Shown here: in pieces, positions 21,007-29,956 of the stretch
Position numbering within the stretch: position 1 is the stretch's first letter
Layout: every line of letters starts with the position of its first letter
Assembly: GCA_039803545.1 (NCBI GenBank)
Contig: JBDRYS010000002.1
Coordinates: 68,385 to 132,384, forward strand
Origin: a candidate division WOR-3 bacterium
GTDB lineage: Bacteria > Hydrothermota > Hydrothermia > UBA1063
Direction of reading: 5' to 3'
Length of the DNA stretch: 64,000 nt
Position numbers and translations under genes: made by a program
The notes under the pieces: generated by a model
Databases searched by the model: none
What the model was told of the DNA's origin: nothing
What the model saw: only the letters and a program-made list of their open reading frames with translations

Positions 21007-21366
21007 ATGTGGGTTTTGTGGGGAATTTTAACTGGGCTTATCGCAGGAATAGTAAGCGGCTTCTTCGGAGTTGGTGGGGCTACAGTAATTACCCCCATTC
21101 TCATTTACTTCTTCAAAATGTCACAACACAAGGCGCAAGGGACGTCCCTTGCAGCCCTTCTTTTACCTGTGGGATTCCTTGCTTTTTTACAATACTATAA
21201 AACGGGCAACTCCGATCTTAAACTCGGACTAACAATAGCCATTGGACTTTTCTTAGGTGGATTAATTGGGGGTATACTGGCTCAGAAAACGGACCCTTAC
21301 TATTTAAGGAAAGCTTTTGCTATATTTCTAATCCTTGTCGGCCTTCAACTCTTTTTTAAAAAATAG
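21007..21366 (+). CDS. Half-size TSUP/TauE-SafE (DUF81) 4-TM membrane protein
   Basis: 119 aa, four hydrophobic helices, GxGGG motifs as in DUF81 repeats. Confidence 0.55.
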   Translation: MWVLWGILTGLIAGIVSGFFGVGGATVITPILIYFFKMSQHKAQGTSLAALLLPVGFLAFLQYYKTGNSDLKLGLTIAIGLFLGGLIGGILAQKTDPYYLRKAFAIFLILVGLQLFFKK

Positions 21367-21369
21367 CAG

Positions 21370-21894
21370 TCAGAATCTATCCTTAATTTTATAAAAAATT
21401 TTACCCCCGGCGTAGCCTATAAGGGCACCGGCAACGACATCCGTTGGCCAGTGCCTTCGCAAATAGACCCTTGAAATAGCAACACCAGTTGCCCAAAGAT
21501 ATAAGGGAACTCTATATTTCGGGTACATTGAACTATAAAAAGACGCAACATAAAAAGCCGTGGTAGCATGCCCTGAAGGGAAAGAAGAATTACTCCGATT
21601 AGTCACACCATCGGGACGCTCCCTATTAGTAATGTACTTAATTGTCTGCATTAATAACGACGTTGCGCCAAGACCAAGCACATAAGACCTCATAACCGGC
21701 TTTTGGCAATCTCCCCAGAAAGCCCAGTAGAGCATAGAACCGAACATCACAACCTCACCATTTCCACTACTTGTAAATGTTTGAAAAACAAAATCTGACA
21801 CAGGCGCATGCAATCCTTCTGAAATGATCTTTAGCCCTGAAGAATCAATGCTTCCAAGTGAAAAAGCAAGGAGTAATTCTGCAAAAATCCTCAT
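21370..21894 (-). CDS. PAP2-family lipid phosphatase (BcrC/PgpB-like)
   Basis: KxxxxxRP (NRERPDG), PSGH (SFPSGHAT) and SRxxxxxHxxxD (RVYLRRHWPTD) acid phosphatase motifs. Confidence 0.75.
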   Translation of the reverse strand: MRIFAELLLAFSLGSIDSSGLKIISEGLHAPVSDFVFQTFTSSGNGEVVMFGSMLYWAFWGDCQKPVMRSYVLGLGATSLLMQTIKYITNRERPDGVTNRSNSSFPSGHATTAFYVASFYSSMYPKYRVPLYLWATGVAISRVYLRRHWPTDVVAGALIGYAGGKIFYKIKDRF

Positions 21895-22151
21895 AAAAGC
21901 CTCCTTTGAATCTCTTCCTCCTTTAAATTTTCCAAAATTTCAATCACTTTTAACTTGCTACGAAATCCTGAAAGGATCCTCACTGAAGATCTATTTACTC
22001 CAAGCTTCTCTGAAATAAAGCCTAATAAGTCTTCGTTAGCCTGGCCTTCAATGGGCGGTTTCTTTACTTTTATTATATAAATTCCCTCTGAATATTTCGC
22101 ACCGTATTCCTTTGCGCCTGGCTGAACCTTAACCCTAATTTTCACTCCCAT
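21891..22151 (-). CDS. DUF167/YggU family protein
   Basis: 86 aa; IKVKKPPIEGQANEDLLGFISEKLGV matches the YggU family. Confidence 0.6.
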   Translation of the reverse strand: MGVKIRVKVQPGAKEYGAKYSEGIYIIKVKKPPIEGQANEDLLGFISEKLGVNRSSVRILSGFRSKLKVIEILENLKEEEIQRRLL

Positions 22152-22198
22152 TGCTAAATTATAATATCCATTTTGCGAATATCATCACTATAAGAACC

Positions 22199-22227
22199 TT
22201 GACATTTACTCTCAAAGAGCGTATAAT
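22199..22227 (+). promoter_or_regulatory. Consensus sigma70 promoter TTGACA-17-TATAAT upstream of the GGDEF gene
   Basis: TTGACA at 22199-22204, TATAAT at 22222-22227. A second TATAAT at 22234-22239 lies 9 nt before ATG 22249. Confidence 0.45.
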
Positions 22228-22248
22228 ATTGTATATAATATTAAAACG

Positions 22249-22938
22249 ATGGAAGAAATTATTCTTAAAGATCCGCTTACAGGGCTTTACCATCACAACT
22301 ACTTCATCATTAAAATGAACGAGGAAATCTCCCGTGCAAAGAGGAAAGGCGAACCAGTTAGCCTGCTCTTTATCGATATGGACTTCTTCAAAATGATTAA
22401 CGATAATTTCGGGCATCAGGTCGGTGATGAGGTACTGAAGCAATTTGCCGTAAATCTTAAGTCGATTGTTAGGGAATCAGATTTACTATTCAGATACGGA
22501 GGTGATGAATTTACAATTATTCTTCCTGATGTCTCAATGGACGAAGCCATCAAGATAGCAGAACGAATAAAAAACCAACTGGAAAATGACGGATACGGAC
22601 CCTCGAAAAACTTAAAGATCTCTCTAAGCGTAGGTATTTCTCAATTCCCCATTGATGCTACCACTCCGGAAGAACTCATAAAAAAAGCGGATGAACGATC
22701 CTTAATCAGCAAAAGAACGGGGAGAGGTAAAATAGTTTTCGGAAACGAAGTACAGGAAGAAATTAAAAGCTTATCTTTATCAGAACTTCGAATCATTGGA
22801 AGAGAAAGGGAAATAAATCTCATCTCAAAAGCCCTATCTGATTTTTCAACAACGGGGAAAAAATTCATATTAATCCTCAAAGGTGTCAAGGGTGTAGGAT
22901 TTAACAAGATTATTAGAGGAAACCTTAAAACTCGGTAA
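22249..22938 (+). CDS. GGDEF diguanylate cyclase. This is the 5' segment of a disrupted GGDEF-STAND-TPR gene; its C-terminus ends in a degenerate P-loop
   Basis: RESD I-site and RYGGDEF active site. The C-terminus IIGREREI...ILKGVKGVGFNK parallels GREAEI...GEAGIGKTRL of the paralog, but the Walker A lysine is missing. Confidence 0.75.
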   Translation: MEEIILKDPLTGLYHHNYFIIKMNEEISRAKRKGEPVSLLFIDMDFFKMINDNFGHQVGDEVLKQFAVNLKSIVRESDLLFRYGGDEFTIILPDVSMDEAIKIAERIKNQLENDGYGPSKNLKISLSVGISQFPIDATTPEELIKKADERSLISKRTGRGKIVFGNEVQEEIKSLSLSELRIIGREREINLISKALSDFSTTGKKFILILKGVKGVGFNKIIRGNLKTR

Positions 22939-22969
22939 AGTATTAGATCTCAAAACGCTTAGCGTAAAA

Positions 22970-25612
22970 ATGGGCGAGAAGGAAGCCGGAGAGCCCTTTC
23001 CTCTCCTCAAAGCGATAATAAGAAGCCTTGTATTAGAACAGAACTTTATCCCTGAAGATGAAGTCATAAAAAACGTAGTCAACTTTTTCCTTCCAGAATT
23101 TTTTAGTAGTAAAAATACCATCACGATTACTATGAACGAATCGAAGGTCCTCCCGGTAGTTGGCGAAATGCTCTTTGCATTCGCAGGAGATGAACGATTA
23201 TTAATAACCATTGATAATGGTCATCTACTAACCAGTAGATGTCTGCTACACTTAGCACAAATTTTAAAGCAGGATAAAAATTCCCAAATCTCATTAGTAA
23301 TGACTTCCAGAACCCAATCTCATATTTTAGAAGGCCTAAAAACGGTTGCGGATGAGATCCGCACCTTAGAGATACAACCTTTAATGCGTGAAGAAGTAAA
23401 AACGATGCTTTGGCAAATACTAAGGTTTGAACCTGATGAAGAATTCCTTGACTGGGTTATGGCTAAAACCGGTGGCAGACCACTGTACATTGACAAATTG
23501 TTAAATGCTCTACTGATATCTAAAAAGCTAATTCCAGGCGAAACGAAATGGATATTAAGCGACACATACTACACATTGAGTGAAAGCATCGCACTACCTT
23601 TAGCCGAGGAAATTCACTACTTAAACCCAAAAGAAAAAGAGGTTCTGGATTTTTGTGCTGTTTATAACATTGATTTCTCGATAGCTTTCGTGGCACAGGC
23701 TTTAGATTTATCTGTTTCAGAAACTCTGGAAATCTTCGATAACCTCGCAAGAAACGGATACATCGAAGAGGTTATACCATATACCATTTATCGCTTTTCG
23801 AACCCTTTCGTTCGAGAGGTCATCTATGCACAGATCCCAAAAGAAAAACGCACAAAAATCCACTTCAAAATTGCAAAAATATTAGACGAAAATCCTGAAG
23901 AAACGTCAAGACTTAATCCACAAGTTCTCTATGAGCATTTCATAAACGGAGGAATGGAAAGCAAAGCCATACCATACATCGAACTTTTGATTAAGAACTC
24001 CATTAAAAAAAGAGAATTCAAAAAGGCAATTAGATACATACAGAGAATTTTTGAAATTGCAGAATTTAAGCTGCAAGTTTCAGAAAAAATAGGTCTTATA
24101 AGACAAATGGGCATGTGCTTGAGATGTACAGGCGAATACGAGGAAGCTCTTAATAAACTAAAAATCGCACTGGATCTTGCCATAAGATACAATGAAAAAT
24201 ATGAAGAAGCTTTAATAAGACTCGAAATGGCCTGGATACAGCACGAATTGGAACTTAAAACAGAATTATTGCTCAATATTGAAGAAATCCTAAAAATTGC
24301 AAACCAGATAAAGAACAATGAAATTCTCGCAAAGGCGATGATTTACAAGGCGTTGTACTATCAAGATTTTGAGAAAAATGTTACCAAAGCTATTCTCACC
24401 TATGAGGAAATAATTGAGCTTATAAAAGAAGAGGAAAACCACGAAATTCTCTCGAAAATATATGGAAATCTTGGTAAATGCTATACGCAATTGAAGCAAC
24501 ACGCGAAAGCAAAAGAATCCTTCGAAATCGCTCTATACCACGCAAGGTTGTGCAACAATCCTGAATACTTGGCATCTATTATGTTAAATTACGGAACAAC
24601 CCAGTTCATAATCCAGGACGTAGAAAATAGCAGAATAACCTTTGAAAAAACTTTTGAGTTAGTCAAAACGGAAAATATAACGCACCTATTGCCCCATGTC
24701 TTACAAAATCTTGCAATGATATATTCCAATTATGGAGAATATGCTATTAGTATCAGCTATCTCGAAAAAGCAGTGGAATATGCAAGAGAAATGAAATTGG
24801 AACTCGAGGAGCTGAAGTATTTACTATTGCTTTATGGGGTAAGATCATATCTTGGGGAACACAGGTACCTGGCTTCCAAATTAAATGAAATTCTTGAGAT
24901 CTCCAAAAAGACTGGAAATTTAAACCTCTTAGAAAAGGCTGTTCAGTATCTTGTAAGAATTTACACTTTTCTCGGGGACTTCAACCAGCTGGAACAACTC
25001 CTAAGGGAAGTGCAAAATTTCAAAACTCCAAGAGAGAAGGTCCTTACGGAAATTCAAATCTTCGAGACACTTGCTGTGTTCTCTACCAATCCGGCTAATT
25101 TATTCCAATCCATCGAAAAGAGGAGAAGAGAGGCGATGGATAAACATGATTTTACAAGCGAAATTGGTTTCAGCACCGACCTATACCTTTACAAACTAAT
25201 AACAAAAGACAGTGTAGATATCGACTTAGAAAGATTACTGGAAGCAGCTAATAGTATAAAATTAATTAGAGTTTACATTGACCTTTTGCTTTTCGAGTTC
25301 CTCCTTGGTAGAAACAGCAAAAAATACGTACAACTTTTGAAAAACTTCGAAGGTAAATTTAATTTAAAGCAGAAACTTTTATGGGAGATAGGGTTAAATC
25401 TAATGGAGATTTCATCCAAGACAAAGGAAGATATCGAGAACAAAGTTAGCGAACTCGAGAAAAAATTCCAAGAGATAGAATCTAAATATGCTCTGAATCT
25501 CCTTTACAGAAGTCTCCTGAACCAGCCCGTAGTTCAAGAAACAGACCTTCAGGATCTATACAAAAATAAACTTAACAACCTTGTAACTGACAAACTTAAC
25601 TTTTACGTTTAA
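22970..25612 (+). CDS. STAND NTPase (post-P-loop portion) plus TPR repeat protein. This is the 3' segment of the disrupted GGDEF-STAND-TPR gene
   Basis: 880 aa. The reading frame is open from 22898 (DLTRLLEETLKLGKV...), matching TRLCSEFKERI of the paralog. Long TPR-like C-terminal half. Confidence 0.7.
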   Translation: MGEKEAGEPFPLLKAIIRSLVLEQNFIPEDEVIKNVVNFFLPEFFSSKNTITITMNESKVLPVVGEMLFAFAGDERLLITIDNGHLLTSRCLLHLAQILKQDKNSQISLVMTSRTQSHILEGLKTVADEIRTLEIQPLMREEVKTMLWQILRFEPDEEFLDWVMAKTGGRPLYIDKLLNALLISKKLIPGETKWILSDTYYTLSESIALPLAEEIHYLNPKEKEVLDFCAVYNIDFSIAFVAQALDLSVSETLEIFDNLARNGYIEEVIPYTIYRFSNPFVREVIYAQIPKEKRTKIHFKIAKILDENPEETSRLNPQVLYEHFINGGMESKAIPYIELLIKNSIKKREFKKAIRYIQRIFEIAEFKLQVSEKIGLIRQMGMCLRCTGEYEEALNKLKIALDLAIRYNEKYEEALIRLEMAWIQHELELKTELLLNIEEILKIANQIKNNEILAKAMIYKALYYQDFEKNVTKAILTYEEIIELIKEEENHEILSKIYGNLGKCYTQLKQHAKAKESFEIALYHARLCNNPEYLASIMLNYGTTQFIIQDVENSRITFEKTFELVKTENITHLLPHVLQNLAMIYSNYGEYAISISYLEKAVEYAREMKLELEELKYLLLLYGVRSYLGEHRYLASKLNEILEISKKTGNLNLLEKAVQYLVRIYTFLGDFNQLEQLLREVQNFKTPREKVLTEIQIFETLAVFSTNPANLFQSIEKRRREAMDKHDFTSEIGFSTDLYLYKLITKDSVDIDLERLLEAANSIKLIRVYIDLLLFEFLLGRNSKKYVQLLKNFEGKFNLKQKLLWEIGLNLMEISSKTKEDIENKVSELEKKFQEIESKYALNLLYRSLLNQPVVQETDLQDLYKNKLNNLVTDKLNFYV

Positions 25613-26018
25613 TTTCAAACTCAAACAGAGATTCCGTAAGCTTTTTGTCAAACAGGCGAAGTACTAAGAAGTAAATAGCCATGAAAGCAAACCCGGTTAA
25701 TGCAGACGTTAACTCTGATAATCCGAGGGAAACACCAGCATAATACCCAAGAACAAAGGCAATTATTGGAACTATAAAGATTAGAGAAGTGGCAGCAATA
25801 ATTCCTGACACCTTCTCCTCTAAGATAACCTCGTCACCTGGTGCAAATCCATTACCTCGAACTTCTATAATGTCACCTTCGTCTTTCTTTCCGCCTATGC
25901 TACAGAACTTTGAAAATCCACAGGAAGAACAGGATCCGCCTTCTCTCAATATCTTAACAAGGTACTCACCTTCCCCAATCTTTTGAAGTACAATGCCTCT
26001 TAAGCTTTCTTTGTTCAA
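25596..26018 (-). CDS. RseC/MucC-family (SoxR-reducing system) membrane protein associated with Rnf
   Basis: Cys cluster GGSCSSCGFSKFC followed by two TM helices. Last gene of the rnf operon. Confidence 0.6.
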   Translation of the reverse strand: MNKESLRGIVLQKIGEGEYLVKILREGGSCSSCGFSKFCSIGGKKDEGDIIEVRGNGFAPGDEVILEEKVSGIIAATSLIFIVPIIAFVLGYYAGVSLGLSELTSALTGFAFMAIYFLVLRLFDKKLTESLFEFEIKRKS

Positions 26019-26842
26019 GATACCTTTACCTCAGCAAACTTCTTGTCTATTGCGATAGCTCCAGTTGGACAAACACTCACAACCTTTTCAGCAACTTCAT
26101 CAACCTTATCAGGCTGTAAAATATATGCCAGGTTATTTTCAAGTTTCATGGCACCTTCCGGTGCATTCTTAACGCAAAGGCCACAACCTATACAGGCTAC
26201 TTTACAATAACTCTTTGCAACAGGCCCCCTATCAAGACTCTTGCAGAAAACAAACACCTTCCTATCCACAGGTACCAGTTCAATTATGTCCCTTGGACAT
26301 GCCTCAACACATTTACCACAGGCAGTGCATTTTTCTTCAATCACCTTAGGCAACCCATCCTCTCCCATATACATAGCACCAAAGGGACAGGCATCAACAC
26401 AGTCACCGAAACCAAGACAACCATAAGTACATCCCTTATCACCCTTCAATGTAAAGTCAGCTACTCTGCAAGACTCTATCCCGTTGTACTCAGCCCTTCG
26501 CACAGCATTCTCTTTAGAACCATTACACATAACTTTTGCTACAAGCTTGGTGACAGTTACAACATCAAGTCCCAAAAAGTGAGAAATCTGATTAGCTACG
26601 TCCTGGCCTCCCGGAGCGCACTTTCCTGGGTTCTTTTCATGACCACTGGCGAGTGCCTCTGCATATCCTGCACAACCAGAATATCCACAGGCTCCGCAAT
26701 TGGCACCAGGAAGAATTTCGAGAATTTTTTCAACCCTCGGATCTTCTTGAACTGCAAGCTTTTTGAAAGAAATTAATAAAAAGAGACCAAAAAAGAGACC
26801 AAGTCCAAGAGAAAGAATCAAACTGTAAACTATTGTGTTCAT
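26015..26842 (-). CDS. rnfB: Rnf electron transport complex subunit B (polyferredoxin)
   Basis: N-terminal TM, NCGACGYSGCAGYAEAL motif, several CxxCxxCxxxCP 4Fe-4S motifs. Confidence 0.85.
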   Translation of the reverse strand: MNTIVYSLILSLGLGLFFGLFLLISFKKLAVQEDPRVEKILEILPGANCGACGYSGCAGYAEALASGHEKNPGKCAPGGQDVANQISHFLGLDVVTVTKLVAKVMCNGSKENAVRRAEYNGIESCRVADFTLKGDKGCTYGCLGFGDCVDACPFGAMYMGEDGLPKVIEEKCTACGKCVEACPRDIIELVPVDRKVFVFCKSLDRGPVAKSYCKVACIGCGLCVKNAPEGAMKLENNLAYILQPDKVDEVAEKVVSVCPTGAIAIDKKFAEVKVS

Positions 26843-26853
26843 TTAAGACCTCC

Positions 26854-27438
26854 TTATTGCAGGGAGATTATCCCCGAAAAGCCCATAAAGGCAAAAGCCA
26901 TAAGTCCAGCAATTATGAGGGTTATAGGTGCTCCCTTTAATGCCTTTGGTACATCTTTGGTCTCCAGTTCTTCCCTTATACCCGAAATTAGAAGTAATGC
27001 TATTGTAAATCCAACACCAGCGCCAAAACCCCAGAAAGTGTTCTCAATAAGATTATAATTTCTCATTGCTCCGAGAAGGGCAAGGCCAAGTACAATACAG
27101 TTTGTTGTGATGAGAGGAAGGTAAATCCCGAGAGCCTTGTATAGTTGCGGAGAAGATTTCTTAATTACCATTTCAACAAACTGCACGAGAACTGCAATGA
27201 CAAAAATAAAAACAATCATCTGTAAAAATTCAAGGTGAAGGGGCCTCAAAATCAAATGGTCAAGAAGATTTGTTATTATCGCCGTCATCGTCATAACAAA
27301 GGTAGCGGCAAAACCCATCCCTATAGCCGAGGAAACCCTTGCTGAAACCCCAAGAAACGGGCATAATCCCAAAAAGTAAGTTAATATAAAATTGTTTGTT
27401 ATTGCTGCGGCTAAAAATATTATTAAAGGCCTTAACAT
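26854..27438 (-). CDS. rnfA: Rnf complex subunit A
   Basis: MLRPLIIFLAAAITNNFILTYFLGLCPFLGVS conserved RnfA/NqrE N-terminus. Confidence 0.85.
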   Translation of the reverse strand: MLRPLIIFLAAAITNNFILTYFLGLCPFLGVSARVSSAIGMGFAATFVMTMTAIITNLLDHLILRPLHLEFLQMIVFIFVIAVLVQFVEMVIKKSSPQLYKALGIYLPLITTNCIVLGLALLGAMRNYNLIENTFWGFGAGVGFTIALLLISGIREELETKDVPKALKGAPITLIIAGLMAFAFMGFSGIISLQ

Positions 27439-27447
27439 TTAGTCCTC

Positions 27448-28053
27448 CTATTCTTTTTTGGTCACAAAATTCATAAAGCCAATTAAGAGCGCAAGGGTTA
27501 AGAAGGCTCCAGGGGGAAGGATCATTACCAGTATGGGTTTATACCAGCTCCCAAGAATTTTGTATCCGAAAATCGATCCAAAACCTAAAAGTTCACGTAT
27601 TATACCCATCGTCACAATAGTCAGAATGTAACCAAGGCTCATACCAAGGGCATCCATTATGGAAGGGAGAAGTTTATTCTTCTTAGTAAAAGCTTCCTGC
27701 CTGCCCATAATAATGCAGTTAACAACTATCAATGGAATGTAAGGCCCGAGGGCCTTCGAGATATCAGGGAACTTCGCCCTTAAAAAGAGATCAGCAATGG
27801 TCACAAAGGTTGCAATTACTATAATATAAACAGGAATTCTAACCTCATTGGGAACAAAATCTTTAATAAGCCCAATGACAAAAGAGGAGAAAAACAAAAC
27901 GAACAGTACTGATAATCCCATGGAAATACTATTTATAACCGCGTTGGAAACGGCGAGAACCGAACAGAGACCCAGAAGCTGGACAAGCACAGGATTTTCT
28001 TTAAACAGGCCCTTTATAAATTCATATCCAAGGCTTCTTTTATTTGGGGCCAT
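27448..28053 (-). CDS. rnfE: Rnf complex subunit E
   Basis: NPVLVQLLGLCSVLAVSNAV is the RnfE/NqrD signature. Confidence 0.85.
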   Translation of the reverse strand: MAPNKRSLGYEFIKGLFKENPVLVQLLGLCSVLAVSNAVINSISMGLSVLFVLFFSSFVIGLIKDFVPNEVRIPVYIIVIATFVTIADLFLRAKFPDISKALGPYIPLIVVNCIIMGRQEAFTKKNKLLPSIMDALGMSLGYILTIVTMGIIRELLGFGSIFGYKILGSWYKPILVMILPPGAFLTLALLIGFMNFVTKKE

Positions 28054-29003
28054 TATCTAATCTCTTTTTTTAAGTTTTCATAACCATTGTTTATGGCTGA
28101 AACTATAGCATCCTGGGTGACTGTGGCACCACTCACCACATCAAGGTCGCTCAACTTTAAAGGCATGGCTTTGTTACTTAAGCTTTTTAAAAATCCATCA
28201 AATTTTGTTCTCTCTGACATCACCTCTCCCGCAAGGGGAATAACTCCAAGAATCTTTTTTAAATCCTTGTCCATTGCGAGGAAAATCGAAATTGTATCAC
28301 TATATCCCAGCGCTTTGGAAATTACACCATAGCCGATCAACGTGTTTTCCTTTCCTTTAATCAAATAATAATTTCCCGCTTTTTCCAGTTTAGCATTTGG
28401 AAAGCAATTAGCAAAACTTGTTTCCAAATCCCTCTCTGTACAAGTGCCACCAGCACCAGAAAGGTAATTTTTTAAGGCCTGTGCAGCAGCATTTACAATA
28501 TTGGCGACAGACCTCGATGATATTGTCGCACCAGTTATGGCTTGAATTTGAGACTTAGTTTCGGGGGTCTTACCTTTTAAAACTTCAATGGGAGGAATCT
28601 TACCTGCAAATTGCTTTTTAAACCAATCTTCCACTATTCTATTACCAAGGCCCGGAGTTTCCACATTCTCTAAGATTTCTATACCCAAAACCTCGGAACC
28701 ATCCTTATTGAAACCAACCATCATTTTTATAGGACCTTGAAAACCGGCACCTTCAATCATCACACCATAACCTATCACATTCCCCTGGGCATCTTTCGCC
28801 GCAAAGATAGAAGTGTGATCGTTGATTTTCACTTCCTGGTAATCAGAGGTTCCATTCACAACAGCGAGGAGTGCTTTTTTCTTTGCATTTTCAAGATTCT
28901 TCTCAATATCCCTTTGAGTGGCAACATAAGTATAAGCCAAAATTCCTCCAGCAATCACTATGACGAGCGTTAAAACAAAAACCATTTTAAATTCTCTGTT
29001 CAT
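28053..29003 (-). CDS. rnfG: Rnf complex subunit G with two tandem FMN-binding domains
   Basis: N-terminal TM, then two FMN_bind-like modules ending in ITGATISS and VVSGATVTQ. 316 aa. Confidence 0.8.
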   Translation of the reverse strand: MNREFKMVFVLTLVIVIAGGILAYTYVATQRDIEKNLENAKKKALLAVVNGTSDYQEVKINDHTSIFAAKDAQGNVIGYGVMIEGAGFQGPIKMMVGFNKDGSEVLGIEILENVETPGLGNRIVEDWFKKQFAGKIPPIEVLKGKTPETKSQIQAITGATISSRSVANIVNAAAQALKNYLSGAGGTCTERDLETSFANCFPNAKLEKAGNYYLIKGKENTLIGYGVISKALGYSDTISIFLAMDKDLKKILGVIPLAGEVMSERTKFDGFLKSLSNKAMPLKLSDLDVVSGATVTQDAIVSAINNGYENLKKEIR

Positions 29004-29956
29004 TTCCGCACCTCCCCGAGAATTCTCGGCTTAGCTAACCTGTCAATCCATGGCCTTAAAGTATTCACAATCAAAATGCTGAACATTACCCCCTCAGGAT
29101 AACCTGAAAATAGTCTTATCAAAACCACCAGAAAACCTGCGATTATTCCGTAAATTATGCGACCACGAGGGGTTATTGGGGAAGTTACCATATCGGTAAT
29201 CATATAAAAAGCGCCCAACATTAAACCACCAGCAAGAATGTGGAAAAGTGGATCAGGGTATTTATGGGGATTAATTAGCCACATAATGCCCCCGAAAAAG
29301 GCAACCGACAATATATATGAGAGGGGGAGCCTGTAATCCACATAGCCTTTTAAAATCAATATAAGCCCACTAATGAGAATGAGCAAAGCCGATGTTTCAC
29401 CTGCAGAACCAGAAACGTTTCCAAAGAAAAGGTCTTTATAGGGGGTCAAAATCTTAGAAAACTTAAAGGCAGCAAGAGGCGTAGCACCGGTAAAGGCATC
29501 GGGTTTAATAAACCTTGTGGGAGTCCAAGTAGTAGTGTCTACAGGGAAAGCAGCCATAAGAAATGCTCTCCCAATTAAGGCAGGATTAAATATATTCTGG
29601 CCAATACCACCAAAGAATTGTTTCGCAAACACAATCGCAAAGGCCGCTCCAAGAGCCGCTTCCCATAGGGGGTATTTGGGGGGGAGGGTGAGTGCGAGAA
29701 GGATTCCAGTGATTACAGCACTTCCATCGAGGCACTGTTTCACATCTCTTCCTCTCAGTTTCAACATGATGGCCTCAGCCACAACGGCCGAAATTGCGCT
29801 CACAACCATTACAAGAAGCGGGTAAAATCCGAAAAAGTAAACGGCGCCAGCAGCAGGGAAGATAAGGGAAAATACAGTAAACCACATCACCTTCTTCACG
29901 CTTTCATCCGTTCTTATATGGGGCGAAGCCGATAAGATAAAAGTTTTTTCACTCAT
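29000..29956 (-). CDS. rnfD: Rnf complex subunit D
   Basis: FGGIGQNIFNPALIGRAF and TGATPL (FMN-threonine) motifs. Confidence 0.85.
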   Translation of the reverse strand: MSEKTFILSASPHIRTDESVKKVMWFTVFSLIFPAAGAVYFFGFYPLLVMVVSAISAVVAEAIMLKLRGRDVKQCLDGSAVITGILLALTLPPKYPLWEAALGAAFAIVFAKQFFGGIGQNIFNPALIGRAFLMAAFPVDTTTWTPTRFIKPDAFTGATPLAAFKFSKILTPYKDLFFGNVSGSAGETSALLILISGLILILKGYVDYRLPLSYILSVAFFGGIMWLINPHKYPDPLFHILAGGLMLGAFYMITDMVTSPITPRGRIIYGIIAGFLVVLIRLFSGYPEGVMFSILIVNTLRPWIDRLAKPRILGEVRK

